NCBI GenBank assembly: GCA_965215605.1
Contig: OZ244070.1
Coordinates: 640,001-704,000, forward strand
From: an uncultured Candidatus Binatia bacterium
GTDB taxonomy: Bacteria; Desulfobacterota; Binatia; UBA9968; JAJDTQ01
Length of the DNA: 64,000 bases
Direction of reading: 5' to 3'
Positions 21,089-31,667 of the stretch are shown piece after piece (the first letter of the stretch is position 1; each line of letters begins with the position of its first letter). Both the position numbers and the translations under genes were made by a program. Below the pieces are notes generated by a model that was not told where the DNA came from, did no database searches, and saw nothing but the letters and a program-made list of their open reading frames with translations.

Positions 21089-21649
21089 CTCGGCGGCCGG
21101 GACATCACCCGCCGGCCCATGCACGAGCGCGCCCGGCTCGGGCTCGCCCGCTCGTTTCAGATCACCTCGGTGTTCGGCGGCTTCACCGCCGAGGACAACG
21201 TCGCCATGGCCGTGCAGGCCCACGACGGCCACTCCTTCCGGTTCTGGCGCGGGGCGCGCTCGGACCCATCGCTGCGGGAGCCGGCGCGCCGGACCCTGGA
21301 GCGGGTGGGCCTGGGGGGACGCGGCGGCATCATCGCCCGCAACCTGGCCCACGGCGAGCAGCGGCAACTCGAGATCGCCATGGCGCTGGCCACGCACCCG
21401 TCGCTGCTGCTGCTGGACGAGCCCATGGCCGGCATGGGCCCCGACGAGGCCAACCGCATGGTGGCGCTGCTGGGCGGGCTCAAGGGACGAGTGGCGATCC
21501 TGCTGGTGGAGCACGACATGGACGCGGTGTTCGCGCTGGCCGACCGGGTCACCGTGCTGGTGTCCGGACGCGAGGTGGCCACCGGCTCGCCGGACGCCAT
21601 CCGGGCCAACCGCGTGGTGCGGGAGGCTTATCTTGGAGAGGATACGTGA
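21089..21649 (+). pseudogene. 5'-truncated LivG-type ABC ATPase
   Basis: RSFQIT, LAHGEQRQLE, LLLLDEP, VEHD and REAYLG are present, but there is no Walker A and no plausible start. Confidence 0.8.
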
Positions 21650-22046
21650 TGCTTGAACTGGAAGGCGTCCAGACCTTCTACGGACCGAGCCAGATCCTCT
21701 TCGACGTAAGCCTCAGGGTGGACGCCGGCGAAATGGTGACTCTCATGGGCCGCAACGGCATGGGCAAGACCACCACGGTCAAGTCCATCATGGGACTGGT
21801 GCCGCCGCGGTCGGGAAAAATCCGGTTCCAGGGCGCCGAGATCCAGGGCTGGCCGAGCTATGCCGTGGCCCGGGCCGGCATCGGCCTGGTGCCGGAAGGC
21901 AGGCAGGTCTTTCCGAACCTCACGGTGCGCTGATGCAGATCGCCGACCGCCACTACATCATGGAGAAGGGCTGCATCACCTGGACCGGCGACTCCGCGGC
22001 CTTGGCCGCGGCGGACGACATCCGGCACCGCTACCTCGGGGTGTAA
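21649..22046 (+). pseudogene. LivF-type ABC ATPase with internal deletion and frameshift
   Basis: GRNGMGKTT...FPNLTVR* (to 21933), then LMQIADRHYIMEKG...RYLGV* in another frame (21930-22046); signature and Walker B missing. Confidence 0.85.
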
Positions 22047-22136
22047 CGGGCCCCATGATCAAACACCTTCCTCTTGCCACCTGGTAACGTGGGCAACCGC
22101 AGGGGCGGGTTTCGAACCCGGCCACGCCGGACACCC

Positions 22137-23027
22137 TCAGGGGCCCCGGTCGCGGCTTTTCCGTATGAACGTGCGCAGCCTGCCGCTGGCCGACCCTTCC
22201 CGGTACCTCCCCTTCACCGCATGACGGATCTGGCAGCAGCCGGGGATGTCGAGGGCCGTGCCTCCGGTGCCCAGCAGCCACCGATACGCGCGGTCCTCGT
22301 AGGCCTTGCGCCAGCGCGGCGCCGGCCGCTGGTAGAGGCCGATGGAGCCGCAGTAACCCACGGCCCGAGCCACGTCGCCGTGGGTGATCTGGTAGGGTCC
22401 CTTGGCGCGGTCGTGGTTGCCGCCGTAAGGGCGGAACGCGTCCAGGGGGATGTCGCGCACCGCCGGGGCCGCGCGGCCCTGCCTCAGGAACTCGTGGTCT
22501 TCCGGCAGCAATGACGTGCCCAGCGGCGACCTCGGGTGCACGAGCACATCGTCCCGCCCCTGCAGCAGATCCGCCAGCGTATCCAGGCAGCCTTCATGGA
22601 AGACCACGTCCACATCGGTGAACCAGACCCAGTCGGCCCCGGTGGCCCGGGCGGCCAGGTTCCGGCCGATGCTGCGGCGGAAGAGCTGCTTCGCGGGCAG
22701 CGCCCGCCAGCACCACGAAACGCCGGGCACGTCGATGGCCTCGAAAAACCGCAGCACCGGCAGCACCGACTCGTCGTCGGACGCGTGGTACACGGTCATG
22801 GTGACGTCGAGCTTCTCGGTGCGGTGGATGACCAGAGAACTGAGCTGGTAGAGGAGAAAATGCCCGTACCGCCAGCAGTGGCTCACGATTTCGAGGGAAA
22901 GCCTTCCGGTGCGCCTGGCCCGGGGAACGCTGGCAGGGTCCCGGTCCCGGAACCACGAGGCCGGCAGCGCTCCGCTCGCGGCAAAGCGATAGAACAACCC
23001 GGCGGCCGTGTCGACGAGTTCCGACAT
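22137..23027 (-). CDS. GT-A fold (family 2-like) glycosyltransferase
   Basis: GRNLAA...DWVWFTDVD DxD motif and ED motif. Confidence 0.75.
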   Translation of the reverse strand: MSELVDTAAGLFYRFAASGALPASWFRDRDPASVPRARRTGRLSLEIVSHCWRYGHFLLYQLSSLVIHRTEKLDVTMTVYHASDDESVLPVLRFFEAIDVPGVSWCWRALPAKQLFRRSIGRNLAARATGADWVWFTDVDVVFHEGCLDTLADLLQGRDDVLVHPRSPLGTSLLPEDHEFLRQGRAAPAVRDIPLDAFRPYGGNHDRAKGPYQITHGDVARAVGYCGSIGLYQRPAPRWRKAYEDRAYRWLLGTGGTALDIPGCCQIRHAVKGRYREGSASGRLRTFIRKSRDRGP

Positions 23028-23240
23028 TACCGGCGCTCTCCCGGTCGTCGCCGGCCCGCGCGCGCCGGCCGCACCGCGTGATTCATTGGACGAGACACCC
23101 TGACACCTTCGAAACGGACTGTGACGACGACGCCCCGGGAAGTCAAGCACACCTCGCTTCCCTTGACCGACCATTCCTCCTCCCGGCGGAGCCGTCGCCT
23201 AACTTGTCACCCAGTTGCCGTTGTAGTAGTTTCGGGGCCG

Positions 23241-24017
23241 ATGGAACCCTATATTCGATCAACCGACATCACGCTGACGTTCACGCCCAAGAACCGGGAC
23301 GCGGTCACCGCCCTCAAGGACTTCCGCATCGAACTGAACAGCGGTGAGTTCGTCTCCATCGTGGGACCGTCGGGCTGCGGCAAGAGCACCTTTCTGAACG
23401 TGCTGCTGGGGCTGCTCAAGCCGGACGCGGGCGAGATGGAGATCGGCGGGAAGAAGATCACCGGCCCGGGGGTCGAGCGCGCCATGGTGTTCCAGGAGTT
23501 CGGGCTGCTGCCCTGGCGGACAGTGCTCGCCAACGTGGAGCTGGGGCCCGAGCTCAAGGGAGAGTCGGTGGCCTCCCGGCGTCCGCGGGCTCAGGATCTC
23601 ATCAACCTGGTGGGGCTCACGGGATTCGAGGGCCATTTTCCGCATGAGCTGTCGGGCGGCATGAAGCAGCGGGTGGGACTGGCCCGGGCGCTGGCCACCG
23701 ACCCCGAGGTGCTGCTCATGGACGAGCCCTTCGCCGCGCTGGACGCCCAGACTCGCGACCTCATGCAAGCCGAACTGCTGCAGATCTGGGACAAGCACAA
23801 GAAGACCGTGCTGTTCGTCACCCACAGCATCGAGGAAGCGGCCTATCTGTCGGACCGGGTCATCGTGATGACCGCCCGGCCCGGAAAGACCAAGCGGATC
23901 ATCAAGATCAATCTGCCGCGGCCGCGGGGTTACGAGATGCGGCTGTCGCCGGAGTTCAACGACATCAAGCTCGACATCTGGAACTCCCTCAAGGACGAGC
24001 TGAACCCGCGAGAGTGA
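23241..24017 (+). CDS. ABC ATP-binding protein, nitrate/sulfonate/taurine family
   Basis: GPSGCGKST, LSGGMKQR, LMDEPF. Confidence 0.93.
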   Translation: MEPYIRSTDITLTFTPKNRDAVTALKDFRIELNSGEFVSIVGPSGCGKSTFLNVLLGLLKPDAGEMEIGGKKITGPGVERAMVFQEFGLLPWRTVLANVELGPELKGESVASRRPRAQDLINLVGLTGFEGHFPHELSGGMKQRVGLARALATDPEVLLMDEPFAALDAQTRDLMQAELLQIWDKHKKTVLFVTHSIEEAAYLSDRVIVMTARPGKTKRIIKINLPRPRGYEMRLSPEFNDIKLDIWNSLKDELNPRE

Positions 24018-24018
24018 C

Positions 24019-24804
24019 ATGGGATTCAAGGGACTATCGGAAGGCAGCGTGCGCTTCCTGCTTGGGGCCGGGGCGGTGGCGGGTTTCTTCCTCGTGTGGG
24101 AGTTCCTGCTCACCTTCGTCTTCGTCTTCAACCCGTTCTTCATGACCAAGCCGTCGCTGATGTGGGCAGCCACCGGCGACCTGATCCTGAGCGGCGAGCT
24201 CTGGAAGGACATCTACGTCAGCGGCACCCCCTTCGTGTTCGGCTTCGCGGCCGCGGTGATCGTCGGCATTCCCGTGGGCGTGGTCATGGGGTGGCGGCGG
24301 CGTGTGGCCTTCGCCCTGGACCCGTTCCTCACCGCCCTGTACGCAAGCCCGCTGGTGGCGCTGGCGCCGCTCCTCATCGTCATGTTCGGCGTGGGCGTCA
24401 AAGGCAAGACTATCCTGATCTTTCTCCTGGCGGTGTTCCCGTTCATCTTCAACGCCTTCGCCGGCGTGCGCTCGGTGGACAACCTGCTCATCAACGTCGT
24501 CAGGTCCCTGGGCGGCAAGGAGCGTGACCTCTACTTCAAGGTCATCCTGCCGAGCACCCTCCCCTACCTCGTGGCGGGGGCGCGCATCGCCATCGGCCGG
24601 GGCATCGTCGGCATCATCGTCGGCGAGTTCTACGCCGCCTCCGAGGGCATCGGCCACGCGCTGATCTGGTACGGCGACATGTACCAGCTTGCGCAGATGT
24701 TCGTATGCATCCTGGTGCTGATGATCATCGCCGTCATCTTCACCCAGGGCCTGCGCAAGGCCGAGCTCGCCATCGCGCCCTGGCGCACCCAGGAAACACG
24801 ATGA
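24019..24804 (+). CDS. ABC permease, SsuC/TauC family
   Basis: Six TM segments, EAA-like loop RSLGG, GE...ASEGIG. Confidence 0.9.
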   Translation: MGFKGLSEGSVRFLLGAGAVAGFFLVWEFLLTFVFVFNPFFMTKPSLMWAATGDLILSGELWKDIYVSGTPFVFGFAAAVIVGIPVGVVMGWRRRVAFALDPFLTALYASPLVALAPLLIVMFGVGVKGKTILIFLLAVFPFIFNAFAGVRSVDNLLINVVRSLGGKERDLYFKVILPSTLPYLVAGARIAIGRGIVGIIVGEFYAASEGIGHALIWYGDMYQLAQMFVCILVLMIIAVIFTQGLRKAELAIAPWRTQETR

Positions 24805-25601
24805 ACCGCTACCTGTCACAGTACCGGGAGAACGAGGAACACATCCTGGGATGGGGCTTCATCGTGCTCTTCCTGCTGGCCTGGGAATCCATCCCCCACG
24901 TGGTGACGCTGCCCAAGGGGTTGGCGCTCTTCTTCACGACGCCGTACCACATCGCCGTCAAGCTCGTGGAGATGAGCACCTCGGGCGAGGTGGCGTTCCA
25001 CTTCTATGTCAGCGCCAGCGAGTTCGTCATCGGGCTCGGGCTGTCCATCCTGGTGGCCCTGCCCGTGGGGCTGGTGATGGGGCGCTTCAACACCCTCAAC
25101 GCCATGTTCGACCCCTTCGTCACCGCCTTCAACGCCACCCCCCGGCTGGTGTTTCTGCCGCTGGTGGTGCTCTGGTTCGGCTTCGGCATCTGGTCCACCG
25201 TGGTGATCGTCTTCATCGGCGCCCTGTTCCCGCTCCTCATCAACACCTACGAGGGCGTCAAGAACATCGACCGCGTGCTGGTCAACGTGGTCCGCTCCTT
25301 CGGCGCCAACGAGTGGCAGCTCATGAAGATCGTGGTGCTGCCCAACTCGCTGCCCTACATCATCGCGGGCCTCAGGCTCGCCATCGGCCGCGCCATCCTG
25401 GGCGTGGTGGTGGGAGAGTTCTTCGGCTCCGACCAGGGCATCGGCTACCTCATGGCCGCGGCCGCCGGCAACTATATCGTGGACGTGGTCTTCGCCGGCC
25501 TCATCCTGTTCATGGGAATCTCCCTGGTGATGACCATGGCGGTCAAGAGGCTGGAAGACAGGCTGAGCCGCTGGCGGCCGGAGCAAGTGAAGACGTTCTA
25601 G
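24801..25601 (+). CDS. ABC permease, SsuC/TauC family
   Basis: RSFGA...VVLPNSLPYI..GLRL; ATGA overlap. Confidence 0.9.
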   Translation: MNRYLSQYRENEEHILGWGFIVLFLLAWESIPHVVTLPKGLALFFTTPYHIAVKLVEMSTSGEVAFHFYVSASEFVIGLGLSILVALPVGLVMGRFNTLNAMFDPFVTAFNATPRLVFLPLVVLWFGFGIWSTVVIVFIGALFPLLINTYEGVKNIDRVLVNVVRSFGANEWQLMKIVVLPNSLPYIIAGLRLAIGRAILGVVVGEFFGSDQGIGYLMAAAAGNYIVDVVFAGLILFMGISLVMTMAVKRLEDRLSRWRPEQVKTF

Positions 25602-25688
25602 CCGTTGATCTTTTTTTGCCCAGCACCTCTTTGGGCGCTCCGTCCTGTTCGTATACGGATGCGCATGGAACGTGCCAATTACGCGAAG

Positions 25689-26546
25689 ATGAACAGGTCG
25701 TTGTATTTCTCCCTGCTCATGCTAGCGTGCATGGCGCTGCCGGGATGGTCCGCGGAGTTTGCCACCCTGAAGGGCGCCACGCTGGTGGATGCGGACATGA
25801 ACGACGGCGACAGCTTCGTGGTCCGTGCGGACGGCCGCGAGCTGCACTTGCGGCTCTACCACGTGGACTGTCTGGAGACCGCTTCCAGCGGCAAGGCGCA
25901 GTTGGAACGGATTCGCGAGCAGCAGCATTATTTCGGTCTCGCGGACCCGAGTGAGGTGGTGCGATTCGGCAAGCTTGCCGCCGAATACGTGAAACGGGTT
26001 CTGGCCAGACCCTTCACCGTCCATACCCGTTACGCCCGGGCGTTGGGACGTTCGGCGACGGGGCGTTTCTACGCTTTCATTTCGACCGGTGACGGCCACG
26101 CTCTCGGAGAGAGCCTGGTTGTACGGGGTCTGGCCAGGGTGCACGGCCAGCCCCGGTCGGCTCCGGACGGCAGGCCGGCCAAGGCCGTTCGAGCGGCGCT
26201 TCTGGACCTTCAGGACGTCGCCATGTTGAGCCGCGCCGGGATCTGGGCGGCTACCGACACCGAACTGCTCGTGAAGATGCGCCAACGCCAGCGGGAAGCA
26301 GCGGAGGAGTTGAAGGAATTCGGTCGACGCGTGGCGAAAACGCGGACCGGCGGGGACGAGCCCCTCGATGTGAACGGCGCGTCAAGCGCGCAGCTTCAGC
26401 GGATTCCAGGTGTCGGCCGGGTCATCGCCGAGCGGATCGTCGCCGGCCGACCCTATCGAAAGGTCGAGGACCTGTTGAAGGTCCGCGGCATTGGCAGAAA
26501 GAAGCTGGAAGCCATCCGCCCCCACGTGAAGGCAGGCAACAAATGA
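25689..26546 (+). CDS. Exported thermonuclease (SNase)-like protein fused to ComEA-type helix-hairpin-helix domain
   Basis: Signal peptide, DGDSF...RLYHVDCLE, GRFYAF; C-terminal LDVNGAS..L..IPGVG...GIG; start uncertain. Confidence 0.78.
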   Translation: MNRSLYFSLLMLACMALPGWSAEFATLKGATLVDADMNDGDSFVVRADGRELHLRLYHVDCLETASSGKAQLERIREQQHYFGLADPSEVVRFGKLAAEYVKRVLARPFTVHTRYARALGRSATGRFYAFISTGDGHALGESLVVRGLARVHGQPRSAPDGRPAKAVRAALLDLQDVAMLSRAGIWAATDTELLVKMRQRQREAAEELKEFGRRVAKTRTGGDEPLDVNGASSAQLQRIPGVGRVIAERIVAGRPYRKVEDLLKVRGIGRKKLEAIRPHVKAGNK

Positions 26547-26549
26547 GCG

Positions 26550-26580
26550 TGCCCGGGGGCGCTCAGCGCGCCCCCGGGCA
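26550..26580. terminator. GC-rich hairpin between convergent genes (possible bidirectional terminator)
   Basis: 13-bp perfect stem TGCCCGGGGGCGC/GCGCCCCCGGGCA; no clear U-tract. Confidence 0.45.
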
Positions 26581-26608
26581 AACCGCTTCGGAACCGATCC
26601 CAACAAGC

Positions 26609-27634
26609 CTACAGCGGTTTTGCCTGGAGGTAGTAACCCCGCTCTCTCAGGGTTTCGTTCAGCAGGTCCCTGGCGACGAACTTCTCGACGTCGGGGAGCG
26701 GCTTGTCCTTGGGCCAGAGGTTCTTCGCGATCATGCGCTTGACGCGGGACTCGAACAGGCTCCTGACCAGGGCTTCGGGCATGTCCGGGCCGTACTGGTC
26801 GAACACTTCCTCCCAGACCCCTTCGGCTTCCCTGCGGTCCTTCATGGCGAAGTACTTCTGGATGACGTCCACGGACCCTTCCTTGTTGGTCTTCATGTAC
26901 TCCGCCGCCTCGGCCATGGCGTGGATGAAGGCCTTGGCCGTTGCCCGGTTGGCCTTGAGGAAGTCGTTGTGGACCCAGAAGCTGCCGCCGATGCGGGGCA
27001 GGTATTTGCCGGTCTTCAGGATGACCTTGAAACCGGCGAGCTTGGCCTTGGCGGCGTGGGGAAAGGTGAGCAGGCCGGCGTGGATGTCGCCGTTGATCAT
27101 GGCGGCAATCCGTTCGGCCTCGCCCCGGAAGCTGATGACCTTGTAGTCGCGTCCGGGCTCCATGCCGAAGTTCTTGGACAGCACGATGTCGGCCTCATCG
27201 TAGTCGGCGCTGCCGGGGCGCCCCAGGCCGATGATCTTGCCCTTGAGGTCCTTCACCGACTTGATGCTCGCGTGGGCGGTGACGGTCCACTGGGAGATCA
27301 GGGACTGGCCCACCAGGTAGGTGATGGGCGCGCCCTTGAGCGCGGCCTGGGAGCCGCCGCCGGGAATCGGCACGAAGTCGATCTGCTTAGCGATGCCGGC
27401 GTTGAGCAGAGCCTTGCCGCTCATGCTGCGGTACTTGCCTTCCAGCCCGTACTTCTTGAATATGCCCTGCTCCATGGCGATGTACGAGGGGATGTGGAAT
27501 CCACTCGCCGAGGTGGTCCGGCCCACGCTGATGGGCGTCATGTCCGCCGCGCTTGCGGCAGAGGCCGCAAGGGTTGTAATGCCGAAGGCCAACAACGCCG
27601 CCGGAGCCGTCCATTTGTTCCCGAATAGCTTCAT
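26609..27634 (-). CDS. ABC substrate-binding protein (NMT1/SsuA-like)
   Basis: Signal peptide, YIA.E.G.FKKYGL, DLKGK.IG. Confidence 0.88.
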   Translation of the reverse strand: MKLFGNKWTAPAALLAFGITTLAASAASAADMTPISVGRTTSASGFHIPSYIAMEQGIFKKYGLEGKYRSMSGKALLNAGIAKQIDFVPIPGGGSQAALKGAPITYLVGQSLISQWTVTAHASIKSVKDLKGKIIGLGRPGSADYDEADIVLSKNFGMEPGRDYKVISFRGEAERIAAMINGDIHAGLLTFPHAAKAKLAGFKVILKTGKYLPRIGGSFWVHNDFLKANRATAKAFIHAMAEAAEYMKTNKEGSVDVIQKYFAMKDRREAEGVWEEVFDQYGPDMPEALVRSLFESRVKRMIAKNLWPKDKPLPDVEKFVARDLLNETLRERGYYLQAKPL

Positions 27635-27740
27635 TTCATCACTCCTTGTTGTTTTCTTCACCACAAGCCGATGAGCGAGTGCACTCTATGACAGAGTCAT
27701 TCGGGTTTGCAAGGGGGATCAGGCGGGATGAGGTCGGCGG

Positions 27741-28388
27741 TCAGCGGCAGAAGGGCCAGACCTGGTACCAGGAGTCGCAACGGAAACGGGACTCGCATTG
27801 GGCGAGCTGGGAGCGGTACTGGGCGGCGGTGGCGGCCACGCGCTTGGCGGTGCGCTGGACCTGGGGCTTCTTCTTCCAGGTGCCGCGCCGGTAGCCGCCC
27901 TTGCCCTCGTGATAGGCGAGATAGAGTCTCTCCGGGTCGCTGCGGGAGATGCCCAGCTCGCGCGAGGTCTTGTGGTTGTACCAGCCGATGAAGTCCAGGG
28001 CGTCCTCCATGTCGCCCCGGCTGCGGAAGAGGCTTCCCCGCTCGGCCTCGTACTCGCTCCAGACAGGATCCTGGGCCTGGGCGTAACCCCTGGCGGACGA
28101 CGGGCGCCCCAGCGGAATGAAGAGCAGCCATCTCATGGGCGGCCTGGCGTCGCTCCGGAAGCTCGACTCATGCCGCACGAAGGCCATGAGGATATGCACC
28201 GGCGTCCCCCACTGTTTCTGGGAGTCGCGGGCGTAGTCGTACCATTCAGGGTTGTGGGCAAACAACTCGCAGACGTCCCGTTGATGTTGCGGCGGCGGCA
28301 CGTAGCTGCAGCCCGCCGCCCACGCCAAAAGGATCACCGCCAGCACCGTACGCAGGAGAGCCACGTCCTTTGGAAGACCCTTTGCCAC
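27741..28388 (-). CDS. Lytic transglycosylase-like (SLT) lipoprotein
   Basis: Lipobox AAGC, HESSF catalytic Glu, GYAQA, YLAYHEG. Confidence 0.82.
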   Translation of the reverse strand: MAKGLPKDVALLRTVLAVILLAWAAGCSYVPPPQHQRDVCELFAHNPEWYDYARDSQKQWGTPVHILMAFVRHESSFRSDARPPMRWLLFIPLGRPSSARGYAQAQDPVWSEYEAERGSLFRSRGDMEDALDFIGWYNHKTSRELGISRSDPERLYLAYHEGKGGYRRGTWKKKPQVQRTAKRVAATAAQYRSQLAQCESRFRCDSWYQVWPFCR

Positions 28389-28391
28389 GCG

Positions 28392-30332
28392 TCAGGGAGA
28401 CGCCGGCTCGCTCGCCGGCCGTAGCACCTTGACCCTCACCAGGTGGGCCACGATGGCCAGGGTCACGGCGGCGGCGCCCACGCTGAGGGTGACGGCGCCC
28501 GGGAAGACCATGGTGAAACCGCCCGCCACCAGGAGCGCCCGCTCCCAAATGACGGTTTCCTTCGAGACCCAGCCCTCGAAGCCCGCGGCCAGGGCGAACA
28601 GCGCAAGCGCGGCCGTGCCGGTGGAGAACAGGATCTCGGCAACGGTCCCGTCCATCAGCAGGCCGGAATTGAAGACGAACATGAACGGCAGCACGAACGC
28701 ACCGATGGCCAGCCGTATGCCGATGAGCCCCACGATCATGGGGTTGGCTCCGGCCAGGCCTCCGGCAAGGAACATGGCGGGGCCCGCGGGAGGCGACATG
28801 GGCGCGATGACGGCGAAGTAGACCGCGAACAGGTGCGCGGCCAGCGGCGACACGCCCAGGGACACGGTCACCGGGACGATCATGATCGCCGTCAGGATGT
28901 AGGTGGCGGCCACCGACAGCGGCGCGCCGAGCACCAGGGAGGCGATCATGGCGATCACCAGGGCCGGGAACAGGTAGCCGCCCGAGAAGAGCATCACCAT
29001 GGAGCCGAACTTGCCGCCGAGGCCGGTGGCGGAAATGGCGGTGACCATGATGGCGCCCGCGGCGATGGGCAACGCCACGATGATGGTGGTCCTGGCCCCG
29101 GTCTCCAGTCCCTTGAGCACGTTCTTGACGAAGTCCTTGCGCCCCTTTTTCCTCACCGCCGTCACCGCCAGCAAGGTGGCCATGGCCACCAGCGCGGCCC
29201 GGATGGGCGTATAGCCTTCCAGCAGCACCCAGACGATGACCACCAGCGGCACGATGAAGTGGCCGTCCTCCTTGAGCACGTCCCACGCCGTGCGCCGGCC
29301 CTCGGTGGGGGAGACGATCCCCATCTTCACGCTCTCCATGTGCACCTGCCAGAAGACCGTGAAGAAATAGAGACAGGCGGGTATGAACGCCGCCACGATG
29401 ATTTCGACGTAGGGGATGCCGCTGATGTCGCTCATCAGGAACACGGTGGAGGCCATCACCGGCGGCATGAACATGCCGCCCATGGACGCCGACAACTCCA
29501 CCGCGCCGGCGAACGCCGGCCGGAAGCCGACGCGCTTCATCATCGGGATGGTGAAGGAGCCGCTGGTGGCGACGTTGGCGATCTGGCTGCCGGAAATCGT
29601 GCCGAAAAGGCCGCTCCCCACCACCGCCACCTTGGCCGGGCCCCCGCGCGCGCGTCCGGCCATGGCGTCGGCCAGGTCCACGAAGAACGAGGCCCCGCCC
29701 AGGTGCAGCAGCAACTGGCCGAAGAGCACGAACAGGATGATGTAGGTCGCCGAGATGTTCATCAGCGAGCCCCACATGCCCTGGGGGCTCAGAAACAGCA
29801 CGTCGATGACAAGGTCGAAGGTCAGGCCCGAGTGCCACCAGATCCCGCCGAGAAGATTGCCCCAGAACATGTAGAGCAGGAACACCACGGTGACCAGCAC
29901 CAGCGGCATCCTCGACACCCGCCGCACCCCTTCGAGCACCAGCAGCACCAGCAGGCTGCCGAAGACGAGGTCCATCAGGGGAGGCTCGTCGATCTGGCTC
30001 AGCCACAGGGTGATGCGCTCCAGGTTGACCATCATGTAGCCCCAGATGGCCAGCGACAGCACCGCCGGGACGATGTCCCACACCCCCACCCGGGTCTTCT
30101 TGGCCCCCGGCGCGTAGACGATGAAAGAGAAGGCCAACAGCCACAACAGGTGCGTCGCCCGGTGCTGAAACACGTTCAGCTTGCCCACGCCAATGATGAA
30201 GACGTACAGGTGGTAGCACGAGTACAGGATGGCGAAGCCGGTGACGAGCTTGCCGGTGAGGCCCGTGAACTCCCTGCGGCTGCCCTCGGCGTACTCTTCG
30301 TACACCCGGCCCAGTGCGGTCATGAATGGCAT
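28392..30332 (-). CDS. TAXI-TRAP fused 4TM/12TM permease
   Basis: GGPAKVAV, GTISGS..ANV, MPPVM. Confidence 0.92.
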   Translation of the reverse strand: MPFMTALGRVYEEYAEGSRREFTGLTGKLVTGFAILYSCYHLYVFIIGVGKLNVFQHRATHLLWLLAFSFIVYAPGAKKTRVGVWDIVPAVLSLAIWGYMMVNLERITLWLSQIDEPPLMDLVFGSLLVLLVLEGVRRVSRMPLVLVTVVFLLYMFWGNLLGGIWWHSGLTFDLVIDVLFLSPQGMWGSLMNISATYIILFVLFGQLLLHLGGASFFVDLADAMAGRARGGPAKVAVVGSGLFGTISGSQIANVATSGSFTIPMMKRVGFRPAFAGAVELSASMGGMFMPPVMASTVFLMSDISGIPYVEIIVAAFIPACLYFFTVFWQVHMESVKMGIVSPTEGRRTAWDVLKEDGHFIVPLVVIVWVLLEGYTPIRAALVAMATLLAVTAVRKKGRKDFVKNVLKGLETGARTTIIVALPIAAGAIMVTAISATGLGGKFGSMVMLFSGGYLFPALVIAMIASLVLGAPLSVAATYILTAIMIVPVTVSLGVSPLAAHLFAVYFAVIAPMSPPAGPAMFLAGGLAGANPMIVGLIGIRLAIGAFVLPFMFVFNSGLLMDGTVAEILFSTGTAALALFALAAGFEGWVSKETVIWERALLVAGGFTMVFPGAVTLSVGAAAVTLAIVAHLVRVKVLRPASEPASP

Positions 30333-30450
30333 GAATCGGTGACTCGAGGTCGAGGTCGGCAGGCCGCGCGGCAGGGTGTGCCGCGCGACGAGGCGCCGGG
30401 CGCCGGCGCGGACGTCACGTCCAGGACCGGCGCCCGACTCGTACGCGCCA

Positions 30451-31455
30451 CTACTTCATGGCGCCCACTTCGCGGAAGTACTTCTTGGTGCCCTCGTGGA
30501 GATTCAGCGCCTCCGACGCGTTGTCCAGGGCCACCGTGTTGGCCGCGGTCAGCGCCTTGAACGACGTGTGCACGTTCACCAGGTAGTCCTGGCTGCCGAA
30601 GACCGCCTTGGTGATGGTGTATGCCTGATCCACGGACAGGTCCGACCGGATGGCAATGATGTCGGCCATGCGCACGGTGTGGAGGGATTCGGTGTTGACG
30701 AACTTGTAGCCGTATCCGAAGTCCCCCGGGTTGTCGAGCTTCACGTACTCGTACCCGAACTCCGCGCCGAGCTTGTCGATGGCGGCCTTGTCGAGGCCCA
30801 CCCAAACCATCTTCCGGTTGTTGGTGAGATCGACGATCCGGGCGCTCGGCTGCCCCCACAGACCTCCCAGGCCCTCGATCTGGCCGTCCTGGAGCAGTTC
30901 CAGTGAGGGTGCGGAGTACTGGTAGTGAATCTTCGCGCCCCAGGCTTCCATGGCCTTGAAGTTGGTGCCGTGCACCTTGGCCACGTCGTCAAACACTTGG
31001 TAGGAGCCGCTTCCCTTGGGACCCACCGAGATGCCGTTCTTGGCCTTGCGGGACACGTAGTCGCCGAAAGTCTTGAGGCCGGCCTTGGGGGTGGCCACGA
31101 ACATGAAGAGGTCCGCGCCCCAGAACGCCAGCAGGTTGAACTTGTACGCCTTCTTGAACGGCGCCTGACCCCGCTGGGCCGCCACCGCCATGCGCGCCGA
31201 CGCGCCCACGGCCACGTCCGCCTTGCCGGTGCCGATCAGCGCCAGACCCGCCGCGGGACTGGAGGTCGGGACGGCGACGTTGGAATTCTTGATGGCCCTG
31301 CGCAGGGCTTCGCCGATGCCTTCCGCCTTCACCTGGAGCGTGCCGCCGGCCGGCGACCCCGCCACCGAGATGTTCCACGACTGTGCGAACGCACTCATGC
31401 CCGGGAGCATCAGCGCTGCCAAAACCAAGCTTAAGAAAAGAGCTTTCCGGTTCAT
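30451..31455 (-). CDS. TAXI-family TRAP solute-binding protein
   Basis: GSPAGGT, G.KGSG, LHEGTKKYFRE. Confidence 0.9.
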   Translation of the reverse strand: MNRKALFLSLVLAALMLPGMSAFAQSWNISVAGSPAGGTLQVKAEGIGEALRRAIKNSNVAVPTSSPAAGLALIGTGKADVAVGASARMAVAAQRGQAPFKKAYKFNLLAFWGADLFMFVATPKAGLKTFGDYVSRKAKNGISVGPKGSGSYQVFDDVAKVHGTNFKAMEAWGAKIHYQYSAPSLELLQDGQIEGLGGLWGQPSARIVDLTNNRKMVWVGLDKAAIDKLGAEFGYEYVKLDNPGDFGYGYKFVNTESLHTVRMADIIAIRSDLSVDQAYTITKAVFGSQDYLVNVHTSFKALTAANTVALDNASEALNLHEGTKKYFREVGAMK

Positions 31456-31667
31456 TCAAATACCTCCTGGGTTTTGTCGATTTGGCCTGTTTATCCCATT
31501 TGCCATGCAACATCAACAACAAGTTCTCGTCGGCCAAGGTCTGCGGAACGGGCGGTCGATCCCCGCCGGATTTCCGGTTGAACGAACAGCTTGGCCTGGG
31601 TTGGACAAACGATCAGGGGTGGGCTACAGACCATACTCCAAACTATCTTGATCAGGAGGACCACCCA

